Origin: Nitrosopumilaceae archaeon
GTDB taxonomy: Archaea; Thermoproteota; Nitrososphaeria; Nitrososphaerales; Nitrosopumilaceae
Assembly (NCBI GenBank): GCA_965207375.1
Contig: OZ242274.1
Location: forward strand, 1,440,001-1,504,000
Length of the DNA stretch: 64,000 bases
Direction of reading: 5' to 3'
The notes under the pieces are model-generated. The model was not told the DNA's origin. It searched no databases and saw nothing but the letters and a program-made list of their open reading frames with translations. Numbering within the stretch: the stretch's first letter is position 1; each line of letters opens with the position of its first letter. Shown here piece by piece: positions 1 to 10,631 of the stretch. The position numbers were made by a program, and so were the translations under genes.

Positions 1-49
1 TGATACGCCATACGGCAAGGATATTTCACTTGAAGACAAATACGCCGTT

Positions 50-655
50 TTGGGTTATGGTTCAAATGTATGTCCATCTCAGCTTGGTCAAAAGTTCACA
101 GACAATACTATGTTTCCAGTTATTCGTGGTGTGCTTTACGGGTACGATGTTGTTTATGCCGCAGGTATTGCCTCATATGGAAGTGTCCCTGCCACACTGA
201 TAAGATCACCCCAAACCACTGTGGAGGTATGGATAAATATTTTGGATGCAGAACAGCTTTGTACCCTAGACAAAACCGAATCTAGGGGACGGCGATATGA
301 TATGATATTACTAGATGAAATAATTCTCGAAAACGGTGAGATCTTTAATCCTATCTGTTCGTATATGTTTTCCAAAGGTCCAATGACTTGTATCGAGAAC
401 AGCCCAATACGCATCAAAAATATACGTTCCAATAAATCACAATTTACACCCATGACACAGGAGGAGGTTTTACAGACATTGCCTGTGGAAAATACCAAAT
501 GTGTTGCTGATATGCTTACACAGAATCGGTACAATACAGTATCTGATAAATTCAATATTATCCCAGTAGGCAGTACACCCCCTACCATATCTGAGACATC
601 TAGAAGTTTTGCAAAGCAAAATATAACATCTGTATTTTGCCCACATTTCGCTTAG
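50..655 (+). CDS. Gamma-glutamylcyclotransferase-like protein (probably starts upstream of the window)
   Basis: GYGSN motif and ...LDKTE...Y pattern of the GGCT/AIG2 fold; the last codons run into an IS end. Confidence 0.5.
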   Translation: MGYGSNVCPSQLGQKFTDNTMFPVIRGVLYGYDVVYAAGIASYGSVPATLIRSPQTTVEVWINILDAEQLCTLDKTESRGRRYDMILLDEIILENGEIFNPICSYMFSKGPMTCIENSPIRIKNIRSNKSQFTPMTQEEVLQTLPVENTKCVADMLTQNRYNTVSDKFNIIPVGSTPPTISETSRSFAKQNITSVFCPHFA

Positions 656-657
656 CT
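633..657 (-). repeat. Isolated end of the ISH3-like element found at 14384
   Basis: tattttgcccacatttcgcttagct is the reverse complement of agctaagcgaaatgtgggcaaaata (14385-14409). Confidence 0.8.
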
Positions 658-666
658 ATTCAAGGA

Positions 667-1938
667 TCATTCTCTCATCCATTCTGTAGCAAATGTTTTG
701 ATTTTTGGAAGGTGGATAATCCCAAACATTCTGCCTTTACCGTGTAAATCCCAGAATTGGGGCTGATCGCTTGCAGTAAAATACATTGCCTTTTCAAAGG
801 GAATACCAGCTCTTTGGTAGTTTTCCAATTTTTTACCAAAATTTTTCATTAGATTTGCAGAATCGGATTGTTTTGTGACTTCAACAATGTATAATTTTTT
901 GTCATCAGTTATTATACTAATATCAATTTCCCAACCTAATCCTGGTTTTCCATGTGGCATGGGGTGTATTTTTTTATGAACATATACTTTGTCAACAAAA
1001 GGCAATTCTGCCATACATTGGGCAATTATTTCTTCATATAACCAACTACTATCCATAACCAATAATGTGATTAATTCGTCTGGAAAAGTTACGTGTATAT
1101 TATGAATTAATCCACTCTGTCCACATTGTTCACATTGATGAATAAGAGTGATTTTTTTCGTTCTAGATATTTCAGATACAAAAGGATACAATTCATGTTC
1201 AAACCAGCAATCAAGACATAGCGTTTCAGTACCTATTTTGGCATAATTTGCTAATTTTCTTAATGCAGTATTAAACATATCAATATTTTCGGGAAATTTT
1301 AAGAAATCAGATTCAAGTAATTTACTATTTTGATGGGCTAGTGGTGAAATTTCTATGAATTGCTTAGTTTTAGAGATTACATCTACCTCGTGTATGATGC
1401 CAAGAAATTCACTTAGTTTTTTGGAATGATTTTCCATTATATTCGGGTTTTTTTCTAAAGCATTTTTTACAGCACTTGTAATTCTATCAATATTTTTTGT
1501 ATGATCTTTTACAATTCGTGCCAAACCTGGATCGTCAGAAATAGATTCAAACATTTCAATCAGTAGATTTTTTATCATTCCAAACATTACATTGTTTGTT
1601 GAATCTAATGTGGATTCTAATTTTTCATATGCTTTTTGATAATCGGGGCGCGATTTTTTCAACTTTTCAAAATCATAGTCTGGCTGCAAGCAAATTGGAT
1701 ATGTAATTGTGGTCGCTGTTGGGACATCTGCATAAGAGAGTGATTTAATTTTTAAGAAGATAAACTTTAGTAAAATATCATTATTGGCAATTACAGATAC
1801 AACTTGATTCGAAACAGAATCTTTATTTTTAAAGACCTCGAATGCACGCTCATTTTTAGTTGCAGAAATAGTAATTCGATGATCGCATAGATCAATAACC
1901 TGCTGTTGTTCAGATAGATAAGATATGACTTTGTTCAA
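667..1938 (-). CDS. Hypothetical protein with Zn-finger-like CxxC pairs and a C-terminal PD-(D/E)XK nuclease-like domain
   Basis: 423 aa; CLDC and CEQC; EIDISIITDDKKLYIVEVTK resembles a restriction-endonuclease-fold active site. Confidence 0.55.
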   Translation of the reverse strand: MNKVISYLSEQQQVIDLCDHRITISATKNERAFEVFKNKDSVSNQVVSVIANNDILLKFIFLKIKSLSYADVPTATTITYPICLQPDYDFEKLKKSRPDYQKAYEKLESTLDSTNNVMFGMIKNLLIEMFESISDDPGLARIVKDHTKNIDRITSAVKNALEKNPNIMENHSKKLSEFLGIIHEVDVISKTKQFIEISPLAHQNSKLLESDFLKFPENIDMFNTALRKLANYAKIGTETLCLDCWFEHELYPFVSEISRTKKITLIHQCEQCGQSGLIHNIHVTFPDELITLLVMDSSWLYEEIIAQCMAELPFVDKVYVHKKIHPMPHGKPGLGWEIDISIITDDKKLYIVEVTKQSDSANLMKNFGKKLENYQRAGIPFEKAMYFTASDQPQFWDLHGKGRMFGIIHLPKIKTFATEWMRE

Positions 1939-1944
1939 GTAATA

Positions 1945-2208
1945 TTATTTTCTATTAATTTTTAAAAAAGATTCCCCTGTATCTGTTAATTGGATTTTAT
2001 AATCATCACCCTCTTGATCGCTATATACAGGAATAGTTTTAACAAGACCAAATGCTATCAAACGTCGTAGATTTTGTAATAGTATAGTTAAATTTCCATA
2101 TTTTTTAATCATGGATTCATTATTCAGTATTGTAGAATAACTTACACCATTACCCGATGCATATTCCATTAAATCGTATGATACATCAACAGCATCTATT
2201 GTAGACAT
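1945..2208 (-). CDS. Small winged-helix-like protein
   Basis: 87 aa; LRRLIAFGLV...IQLTDTGESFL wHTH-type signature; directly upstream of the nuclease-like gene. Confidence 0.5.
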   Translation of the reverse strand: MSTIDAVDVSYDLMEYASGNGVSYSTILNNESMIKKYGNLTILLQNLRRLIAFGLVKTIPVYSDQEGDDYKIQLTDTGESFLKINRK

Positions 2209-2256
2209 GTATTAACATGACAGTAATCACATATTAATTAAACATTCGGTAGGTTC

Positions 2257-3620
2257 TAGACAGTAGCGCAACCCTGCCTAAAATCCTTCAAAATCATACG
2301 AAATGACCCATATTAGACTAATCCATCAGGATTTTTTACATTACGTGCTTTTTGATCATGATATCACTTGTATGCTTGTGCCTAAACTAGCTGATGGAAC
2401 TAAAATTACTCATGCTCAAAACGATGCAAGATACATCGAACGTGGAAGACAGCTTGCATTGACCAACAAAAGTCTTGATGATCCACAAATACAAGAGGAG
2501 TTACGCAGTATGAACAAGAAAAAAAACGGACATCCGTATGAATATCCTGATTCGTTGTTTGTTGCCCTAGCACTAGTACGTTCAATGTGCGGATTGTCAT
2601 ATCGTGTACTTGAAGGATTAGCAGCAGAATCCCTTGGTAAAGACAACGTTCCACATTTTACAAAAATACGCACACGCATTCTAGCACTAGATACAGACAA
2701 GCTTGGAAAGATGACATTCAAAAAAAATGGTAATAACAAGGTTACAATCAGCATACTACCTGACGGTACAGGCCTAGAGCCGTGTACCCGTGGAGAATTT
2801 ATACGTGCCAAACACAAAGTTAGGCGTGGTTTTATCAGATTTACAACAATAATTGATCACGATACCATGAAGATACTTGCCTATGAGATTACAGATGAGC
2901 GTACCGGAGAAGCAATGGGACTAGAGAATATGATTGAAACCGCACTAGAAAATCTGGGTGTACAGGTACAAAAACAAGATACAGAAAAACTAGATACAAA
3001 ACAGGAGAATGTAAAGAGTGGTACAAAAAAACAAGACACAAAACAGGATAAAGAATATGATTCAACAGATACAATTCAGACTCGCTTGGAAGAAAAGGAC
3101 AAAGACAATAATCCAAATATCAGACTGTTAGGTGATGGACTGTATTCAAAATGCAAGTTCTTTGATATGTGTGATTTATTTGGAATCGAGCTGGTATCAC
3201 CAGTAGCTTCTAACTCTGCTGCAAAGGTACGTGGTAGAAAGGGAGGCAGGGCGCGCAAAAAGGCTGTACTAGAACAGCTTGGAGGAGGAGTGCATGCCAA
3301 TACATTTGCAACATTAACTGATGCACAACGTGCAGAAAATATGAAAAAGTGGAAAAAACAGGTAGGATACGGCAGAAGATGGCTAGTTGAGATAATGTTT
3401 TCAGCATTCAAGCGAATGTTTGGAAGCGCTGTAATGGCAGTAAAGATGGAAAACATAGTTCGGGAGATTTCATTTAAGGTATTTGCATACAATAAAATGC
3501 TAGACATAGCGCAGGAGGCCATGGCTAGAGCATAATGACTGTAAACTTTACAGTACAAGTCAATCAGACTTGGATCAAGTGAGTTAGATTTGGACCAAGT
3601 CGTAGTTGCGCTACTGTCTA
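2257..3620 (+). mobile_element. IS5-family insertion sequence (IS903/ISH1-like)
   Basis: Terminal IRs TAGACAGTAGCGCAAC / GTTGCGCTACTGTCTA; direct repeat GTAGGTTC at 2249-2256 and 3621-3628. Confidence 0.9.
2303..3535 (+). CDS. IS5-family DDE transposase
   Basis: DGTG, GDGLY and YGRRWLVEIMFSAFKRMFG motifs. Confidence 0.9.
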   Translation: MTHIRLIHQDFLHYVLFDHDITCMLVPKLADGTKITHAQNDARYIERGRQLALTNKSLDDPQIQEELRSMNKKKNGHPYEYPDSLFVALALVRSMCGLSYRVLEGLAAESLGKDNVPHFTKIRTRILALDTDKLGKMTFKKNGNNKVTISILPDGTGLEPCTRGEFIRAKHKVRRGFIRFTTIIDHDTMKILAYEITDERTGEAMGLENMIETALENLGVQVQKQDTEKLDTKQENVKSGTKKQDTKQDKEYDSTDTIQTRLEEKDKDNNPNIRLLGDGLYSKCKFFDMCDLFGIELVSPVASNSAAKVRGRKGGRARKKAVLEQLGGGVHANTFATLTDAQRAENMKKWKKQVGYGRRWLVEIMFSAFKRMFGSAVMAVKMENIVREISFKVFAYNKMLDIAQEAMARA

Positions 3621-4063
3621 GTAGGTTCAAGAGCTTTGGCCTAGTTTTGTATACCTTTTATCAAAATTATTTCAACCTTGATTTGGGTGACCTGAGTATG
3701 TACCAACCGAGGCCCAAAACAATACCCAAAAATATTCTAATCCATTATGGCAACAAATAGCTGATGCTTTGGCACAGTTAGTAAGGAATTGACAAATTTT
3801 TTAATATACAAAGTCTAATCAAAGTCAATGTATCGTAAGGCAATGTCTCAAAGAACTGCAAGCAAAGGCAGCACTGGGAGATACACATGCAAAGCACACT
3901 TGCAATAAAATCCTAATACAAACCGCACATGCAAGCAGTTATTGATTTAAAATGAAATGATTAGAATCATAGGCGGAAATTAAAAAAAAACAGGCTAGTT
4001 CAGTAGATAGCCTTATTGACTGAAACTCAACATTATTACGTATAATAAGTATAAAATCTTTGT

Positions 4064-4135
4064 AGGCCTGTTGTTTAGTAGAAGAACGATTGACTGAAAA
4101 TCAATAGGTCACGGGTTCGAATCCCGTCAGGTCCA
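4064..4135 (+). tRNA. tRNA-Phe(GAA), atypical
   Basis: Anticodon arm ATTGA-CTGAAAA-TCAAT; T arm ACGGG-TTCGAAT-CCCGT; acceptor AGGCCTG/CAGGTCC with A1:C72 mismatch; D loop lacks GG. Confidence 0.8.
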
Positions 4136-4577
4136 CGCCTTACCTAATGTCGTACAAATTCCTTGATCAAGGATTTTCTAAAATAACCAAAAATCGAGTA
4201 AATTTAACATCTAGCCTTAATTTTTTGGTACAAACTCAGGTCGTAAATTTTTCAGCCACAAAATTTTCACATATGTTCAAAAACTACATAGAATCAGAGG
4301 TGACCTGAATATTTGCTTGTTTGCATTGGTACTTGGAGAGTGGAATCTTGTAGAACTTGGATTACTGCCATCATCTAATTTACTTGATCGTGGCACATAA
4401 GATTACGTATATTCCCGCCGTGTACTTAAATAATTGATTAAATCAATATGGATATGGAAAATGAAAAACCAAAAGAAATCAAAAAAGCACCAGAACGACC
4501 GTTTTATGGTAGTCAGGAACAACCCACACGTACCGCTCCAGATGGTTCATCTAGCCAAGGACCCATCAAAGGTAAAC

Positions 4578-5111
4578 CTAGACCTTCAAGTAGTTAAAAT
4601 TATTTCTTAATTTTTCAAGTGTGTTTTTAATTTCTTTTTTCAATCTTACTTCGTTGTTGTCCATCCAGTCATAGTATGGATAGGATTTTCTCGGAACCGG
4701 ATCAGTGGGATTTTCCATCTGTATCTCCTGCGTTATTTTTAAGAATTTATTATGCATTTTTATTCTTTTGAATATATCTTGCACTGGCTGTTGTAATTTT
4801 GGCTCTAGACGATTTATTGCTCCTGAAAATATCAAACTATCGTAAACATCATGATTAAAATCCCTGTTGATGAAATATGCCTCTTTATCATTCTGATTCG
4901 AGTCCTTTATTTTAACCATATATGCATCATCTAGATGTTTTTGACCATCTAGACTTTCTAGCGTATCTTTTAACTCCAAGTATAGATTTTTTGATGCCTG
5001 TTTTCTGTCCTTATGTCGGTCAAAGAAATATTTGCCCGCTGAAATACCTATGGCCACAATAGTTACAAGAGATGCGAAAGATTCTATGGTCATATAATCA
5101 AAAAACTCCAT
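4578..5111 (-). CDS. Hypothetical protein with N-terminal membrane anchor
   Basis: 177 aa; hydrophobic segment FASLVTIVAIGISAG. Confidence 0.6.
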   Translation of the reverse strand: MEFFDYMTIESFASLVTIVAIGISAGKYFFDRHKDRKQASKNLYLELKDTLESLDGQKHLDDAYMVKIKDSNQNDKEAYFINRDFNHDVYDSLIFSGAINRLEPKLQQPVQDIFKRIKMHNKFLKITQEIQMENPTDPVPRKSYPYYDWMDNNEVRLKKEIKNTLEKLRNNFNYLKV

Positions 5112-5350
5112 TCAAAAATTTCAATTTCCAGTAATATAAAAAAATTCGCAGAATTGTAATCGTACGTACATACTCAAGTCGCCTCTGATTCTATGATATA
5201 GTTTTTGAACATATGTGAAAATTTTGTGCCTGAAAAATTTACGACCAGAGTTTGTACGGTTCTAGATAATAGCATAACCCAAATTTTAGTGGAGTGGACC
5301 CCTTGTTTTAGTACCACTTTTTACACTAATTTCCGAATTGATTTTAACCG

Positions 5351-5610
5351 TCATTTATTTGTCTCCCACCGTGATGCAAATTCAGCAAATGTGATATATC
5401 TCCGAGACGAGTGAATTCTTGTCGTGTTATAATTCTCAAAGGCATCAGATAGGACAGGTTTTGCATCCTGGTACTTTTCAAAATAATGTGGTCAGATGTA
5501 CACTTTTTTGAATGTCTTGTGAAATGACTCTACATGACCGTTTTGTTCGAGTATTCTTCCAGATGAATTCATGCTTGCCGATTACAAGTATAGATACTGC
5601 CTTTCTAAAA
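5351..5610 (-). pseudogene. Degenerate IS3/IS481-type (rve integrase) transposase 3' fragment, copy 1
   Basis: Minus strand reads approximately EQNGHVESFHKT...YNTTRIHSSR; direct repeat of 7612-7871. Confidence 0.7.
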
Positions 5611-5769
5611 AGTTGTGCAGATTATGATATATTGTATCTGGATTGCTTGAAATGACGATAACTCAAAATAAACCTATTCGTACTGGTTACAGGATAAACA
5701 AAAACGAATACAGTGTGATAACACACTTGATGGGGATTGAACGATACGCAAAATCTTAGTCACATATGT

Positions 5770-6381
5770 CTAGAAATCAGCAGTCCTGATATTTTTGATT
5801 TGTAACGGAGTTACCTTCTGATGATTTCGAATTTCTTCAAAATCTCCATCAAAAGTCCAAAATTCGTCACATTCCATCTCTTTTGCTAACAACACGTGTA
5901 ATGCGTCATATGATGCAAGAGATTTGTATGATGTGGTAGGTATTCTGCCCTTATTACATTTCTTGCAATAATCATGCGTTTTGATTGTCCCCCTTACCGA
6001 ATCCAAAATTAATTGTGCATCTGTTAGCAGTTGATTCATGTCAATGCTTTTCTTGACCTGAAAGATTATTTTGTTTTCCATGCGTAATAACTCCTCTAGT
6101 ATTTTTTTATACATAGACGAGGATTCTTTAATGACATGGTCTACTCTGTTAGTGACATCTGGAATTGCCAACAGTTTGGATTTGTCCTGCCCTACTCTAT
6201 TTTTAAGTACAGCCATGATCTCGATCAGGACAAGAGCAGAAACTACACCCTCTATATGGCCCTCTTTTATTTTGTCAAATACCTGATCCGCTAGTTTTGT
6301 TTGTGTTCGATTGCTTTCAAACCCAGTAATTTTTGCAAGAAGTATATTGGAATCCAAATATACTCTGATCAATCTAATCAC
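5770..6381 (-). CDS. PIN-domain (VapC-like) RNase toxin
   Basis: VYLDSNIL, SALVLIEI, YDALHVLLA and FWTFDGDF PIN motifs. Confidence 0.85.
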   Translation of the reverse strand: MIRLIRVYLDSNILLAKITGFESNRTQTKLADQVFDKIKEGHIEGVVSALVLIEIMAVLKNRVGQDKSKLLAIPDVTNRVDHVIKESSSMYKKILEELLRMENKIIFQVKKSIDMNQLLTDAQLILDSVRGTIKTHDYCKKCNKGRIPTTSYKSLASYDALHVLLAKEMECDEFWTFDGDFEEIRNHQKVTPLQIKNIRTADF

Positions 6382-7465
6382 GTCTTATGTCTCGTATAAT
6401 TTCCACAGGGTCAAACTCATCACACTTGATTCTACTGGCTATGATCCCCGTGAGTCTGTTAAAAGAATTGGGATCATATTCAGGTAAATTATCTAGACCG
6501 ATCGATCTGGCTAGATGCATGCGAAATTCTTGATCTTCAGAGCATTTGTCATCTAGACCATACACGTTCTGCTTAATACCCAAATTAGTTTCAATAATTT
6601 GCATCATGGTAATAATAGAAGCGTCAAGTATTTTGATCTTGTCTGAAAACATACTCTTCCAATCTGGGATTTTATCCAAATAGTATTCATCATGCTCCAG
6701 AATTCTTGCCCCATATGCAAAAGTGTTCCATATATCCTTAGACAGGATTTTTAAACTTTTCAACACTATCGTATATTTGGGTTCTTTTTTATTTTTGACT
6801 TCAAACGTTTTTTCTACAGTTTGACAGAATTTGAGAAACAGAATCTTGAAATCAGTAAATATTGGATTGGGTGGAATTGTAAGTATGGATCGTTTCAACT
6901 CTGAAAGAAGGATGGGCTCTGTAAAGATGTTACAACTAGTAGTGTTGTTGATATGATGATCACAATACGACTCAAAATGGGACAAAAAATCGGTCTTGTA
7001 ACTGGGGTAAAACAAGATCGGTGACTCTGCATACACTTCTTTTACAAGTAGCAAGTTTGAAAATTTGGAAGTGTTATTCACTATATCGGATATTGTCTTG
7101 CGTATTTTCTCAAAATCACATTCTAAATGATCTATGAACCTCCTGTCTTGTAAATTTGGATTGTATTTGTACAGTTCATATCTATCGTCCGTATTCAAAA
7201 GAATTTGTTTATTTTTCATCATGCTGATTGTCTGATCTATGACTTCGGAATATGGTCCTTCCAAAAACCAGTAAAATGGAATAGAATTTTTTACAGAATC
7301 GTTTTCTGGAAGTGATTTGTTCAACTTGAACAATATCTTTTGAATCGTCTTCTTTGGAAGTTTGTGCCGGGATTTTTTGATCTTAAAATTATGAAAAATA
7401 AGCCTTATCATTTCTTCAATGATTGGGATCTCAGGTTTTTGCAACATCATAGATGTCCACACCAA
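6374..7465 (-). CDS. Putative antitoxin, Panacea/SocA(DUF4065)-like N-terminus
   Basis: IQKILFKL...FYWFLEGPYS motif; overlaps the start of the PIN gene. Confidence 0.55.
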   Translation of the reverse strand: MVWTSMMLQKPEIPIIEEMIRLIFHNFKIKKSRHKLPKKTIQKILFKLNKSLPENDSVKNSIPFYWFLEGPYSEVIDQTISMMKNKQILLNTDDRYELYKYNPNLQDRRFIDHLECDFEKIRKTISDIVNNTSKFSNLLLVKEVYAESPILFYPSYKTDFLSHFESYCDHHINNTTSCNIFTEPILLSELKRSILTIPPNPIFTDFKILFLKFCQTVEKTFEVKNKKEPKYTIVLKSLKILSKDIWNTFAYGARILEHDEYYLDKIPDWKSMFSDKIKILDASIITMMQIIETNLGIKQNVYGLDDKCSEDQEFRMHLARSIGLDNLPEYDPNSFNRLTGIIASRIKCDEFDPVEIIRDIRRD

Positions 7466-7611
7466 GCTCCTTCAATACAAATACTTTGCATATATGACAT
7501 GTACAATTTCAGGTACTTAAAACCAAGGCTGGGAATTAATAATTGTTGTTAGATTGGAGTGGACATCATCAAATAGGATCGTTTTTTGCATGATAATACA
7601 TACAGTCGGAC

Positions 7612-7871
7612 TCATTTATTTGTCTCCCACCGTGATGCAAATTCAGCAAATGTGATATATCTCAGAGACGAGTGAATTCTTGTCGTGTTATAATCCTCAA
7701 AGACTGCAGTCGGGACAGGTTTTGCACCCTGGTACATTTCAAAATCATGTGGTCAGACACCTTCTTTTTTGGGTGTCTTGTGAAATGATTCCACACGATC
7801 GTTTTGTTCGAGTATTCTTCCAGATGAATTCATGCTTGTCGATTCCAAGTATAGATACTGCCTTTCTAAAA
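7612..7871 (-). pseudogene. Degenerate IS3/IS481-type transposase 3' fragment, copy 2
   Basis: ~260-bp direct repeat of 5351-5610. Confidence 0.7.
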
Positions 7872-7977
7872 ATATTGTACTTGTTCACCTCACGCCTAAT
7901 TTTTCAATCATTATGTCACCGTTTAGGGACAAATCAATTCCACTATGTGAACAAGTACAAAATATTGAAAAATGGAT

Positions 7978-8319
7978 TTAATCTCCTAATATACTCCTGG
8001 GATTTTCCCACATGTCTTTTACGTCATCATCTAGACCACCATCTGTATCGTCTGTGTCATCAAGTGTTGTTTCTGTCGGTTTTTCACTCGTTTGTGTATT
8101 CATATTAAGAATCCTCATCTCTTCTAACAGCCAAGGTTTTAGTTTGTCCTCAGAATCAAGGATTAGTTTCATCTCATCTAGAAATGATACCATTCTACAT
8201 TTTTCTCTATATCTTGCCTTTGCTCGCTGTTTGGCAGTCATTGTTCCAGGTGATGACAACAATCGCTTTAGTTTCTTGATTGGCATGGTATCATAATAGT
8301 AAATAGTATAAAAGGTCAA
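7978..8319 (-). CDS. Hypothetical protein, tandem paralog 1
   Basis: Near-identical ends to 8408-8752 (MPIKKLKRLLSSPGTMT ... DDDVKDMWENP). Confidence 0.6.
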   Translation of the reverse strand: MTFYTIYYYDTMPIKKLKRLLSSPGTMTAKQRAKARYREKCRMVSFLDEMKLILDSEDKLKPWLLEEMRILNMNTQTSEKPTETTLDDTDDTDGGLDDDVKDMWENPRSILGD

Positions 8320-8407
8320 AATTTGATTCGTGTCTAAAAATGCATAGATAAATCAACCATTTTGGAATGAAATGATGGTTATTCTAAAAAAATATTGAAA
8401 AATGGAT

Positions 8408-8752
8408 TTACTCTCCTAATACACTACTAGGATTTTCCCACATGTCTTTTACGTCATCATCTAGACCGTCATCAGAGTCGTCTGTATAATCTGGTGTTGG
8501 TTCTACAAGTTTTGTATTTTTTTGCATGCACATATCCCGTTTATCCATCTCCTCTTTTAGGAATTGTTTTAGTTTTGTATCCTCAGAATCCCGTATTAGT
8601 TGCATGTCATCTAATTCTCTTTTTATTCTACATTTCTGTCTATGTCTAGTTATTTTTTTTTGATGAACAGTCATTGTTCCAGGTGATGACAACAATCGCT
8701 TTAGTTTCTTGATTGGCATGGCATCATAATAGTAAATAGTATAAAAGGTCAA
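8408..8752 (-). CDS. Hypothetical protein, tandem paralog 2
   Basis: Duplicate of 7978-8319 including flanking DNA. Confidence 0.6.
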   Translation of the reverse strand: MTFYTIYYYDAMPIKKLKRLLSSPGTMTVHQKKITRHRQKCRIKRELDDMQLIRDSEDTKLKQFLKEEMDKRDMCMQKNTKLVEPTPDYTDDSDDGLDDDVKDMWENPSSVLGE

Positions 8753-9198
8753 AATTTGATTCTACACTGCCAATTTACACATACGTTGTATTGTAATCAT
8801 CATGTATTGTTTATGTGTAGAATGGACCATTAATGCTTGCAAGTGTCAGATTTTCAACATTTTAGTTAACTGATTTTATAAATGTAAATTCACATGATAA
8901 GTATATCTGAGATGCATCTAGAACTGTAAATATGGGGATCATAAACCTGACTTTTTCACTAATTTTTTCCTAAGAATTAAATACTAATTGTTTGAAGACT
9001 TGTTATGACAGAAACATCATATTCGGAAGATTTTGGTGAATATCAAAAAGAAGAAGATGAGATTTCCTGTACATACAATTCCGCAGAAGAAGCAGAAGAC
9101 GCCGTATTGAAAGAAATACTTGATGAATAAAACAGAGTGAGAATATGGCAGACATCTCATTGTCCAAACTTTTTAAACAACAGATTCATGACGACTGA

Positions 9199-9393
9199 AT
9201 GAGTAAGATAAATAGAATAAGAATAACTCGTTCTTTCAAACGGGTCGAGCGTATGATTTTGGATCTAGAAAGGCATGGTTTTGATATCGAACAAATGAAT
9301 ATCAGAATAAAGATAATATACAACATACGAGTTATTTTCAAAGTCATGCCACAACAAGACAAAATAATAGTTAAAAAAATCTTATTTCAATGA
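9199..9393 (+). CDS. Possible short RelE-like protein
   Basis: RIRITRSFKR...IRVIFKV pattern; preceded by a short acidic ORF (~9005-9130). Confidence 0.3.
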   Translation: MSKINRIRITRSFKRVERMILDLERHGFDIEQMNIRIKIIYNIRVIFKVMPQQDKIIVKKILFQ

Positions 9394-9725
9394 TCGGTTT
9401 AATGATAATCTACATAAACAACTGATTTGATTTCTTTTTGCAAATATGATTAAGTGATTTCGAGATGTAGTATGAAACCCTATCTTCTTCAGCCCATCAT
9501 TCACACATTGTTTTAACTCCTCTTCATCGGAATCAAGTATGGTTCTAAGGACTATAGTAATTAGTTGTATTTTCTGATATGGGTCATCAACTTCATCTAC
9601 CAGTGCTTGCAATGCCTGAGAGATGATTCGTAATTAGAAAACCACGCCTAACAAGAGCAAAAATCTGTGCCCAGATCTAATTACGAATCACGTCTCTGTA
9701 TTTCCAATAACTGTTCATCTGTCAT
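9382..9725 (-). pseudogene. Hypothetical gene interrupted by a MITE
   Basis: Removing 9619-9695 and one CTG restores MTDEQLLEIQALQALVDEVDDPYQ... Confidence 0.7.
9619..9695. mobile_element. 77-bp MITE
   Basis: 20-bp IRs AGAGATGATTCGTAATTAGA / TCTAATTACGAATCACGTCT (18/20); 3-bp target duplication CTG. Confidence 0.8.
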
Positions 9726-10205
9726 ATCATTAGTATATCTAAATAATATAAAAGGAGTAACGTAGATATTTTTCTATGAATAATTTGTAAAAACTTTCTA
9801 TCGTCTATTGTAGTTGTTTGTATCTTGTTGTTTGCTTTTTGTCACAAGGAATTGAATTTTTATTTGTGAATTTAATTTTTTGACAAGATTATTGTGGTAT
9901 CATCATATTGATACCTTTACCCTATTATGGTAGTTTAGTATCATTATATTGATACTTTTTTTTGTATATTACTGACTAAACGGGCTAACTTGTTTTGTGC
10001 AGTATAGTAGTGAAAACAAAAAACCAGGAATAAAATTCCAAAACAAATAGCAAATGCATGCGAAAAAACGTACACCCCCTAGATTTTCAACTACCCTACC
10101 AAAATCAACAAATTCAAAAATAAAGTCACGTCATATTGATACCTTTTTCACCACAAAAATCTTCTGAAATTTTTCAAATCAATTTTAAAAATTACACTAA
10201 ACCAC

Positions 10206-10268
10206 ATGGGCGATGATGAGACCACACATCTGAATCAGTATGATTGATTCCATTCATTCTGAGCCCAT
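10206..10268 (+). ncRNA. Box C/D sRNA-like unit 1
   Basis: ATGGGC stem, box C ATGATGA, guide GACCACACAT, D' CTGA, C'-like ATGATT, guide GATTCCATTCATT, D CTGA, GCCCAT. Confidence 0.85.
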
Positions 10269-10344
10269 CATAACCTACTTTCACAGAAACATCTTCTGCT
10301 ATTAAATTTGTCCTTTCAGATTTGTAAAAATTCCACTAAACAAC

Positions 10345-10409
10345 ATGGGCTATGATGAAGAACAGTCGTTCTGAAACCAGATGATTCACGATTTGCAATC
10401 TGAGCCCAT
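10345..10409 (+). ncRNA. Box C/D sRNA-like unit 2
   Basis: Same scaffold; guides AGAACAGTCGTT and CACGATTTGCAAT. Confidence 0.85.
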
Positions 10410-10484
10410 CACACCCTTTTCACAAAGAATCATTTTCTCTATTAAATCTGCCGAACAAAACTTGTAAAAATTTCACTAAACAAC

Positions 10485-10555
10485 ATGGGCTATGATGAAG
10501 TCAATCAGCTGAACAATCTACAAATGTAGAGACCCGCGGCTGAATCTGAGCCCAT
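10485..10555 (+). ncRNA. Box C/D sRNA-like unit 3
   Basis: Same scaffold; guides AGTCAATCAG and GACCCGCGGCTGAAT; C'-like ATGTAGA. Confidence 0.8.
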
Positions 10556-10631
10556 CATAACTTGTCTTCACAGTAACATTTTCTATTATTAAATTTGTCC
10601 TTTTAGACTTGTAAAAATTTCACTAAACCAC

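Noticed and set aside
4110-4137. attL/attR pair at the tRNA 3' end
   Set aside because: No second copy and no integrase seen in the window.
10531-10545. Unit 3 guide targeting the 16S 530 loop (CAGCCGC)
   Set aside because: Only 8-9 nt of complementarity, from memory of the rRNA sequence; cannot be verified here.
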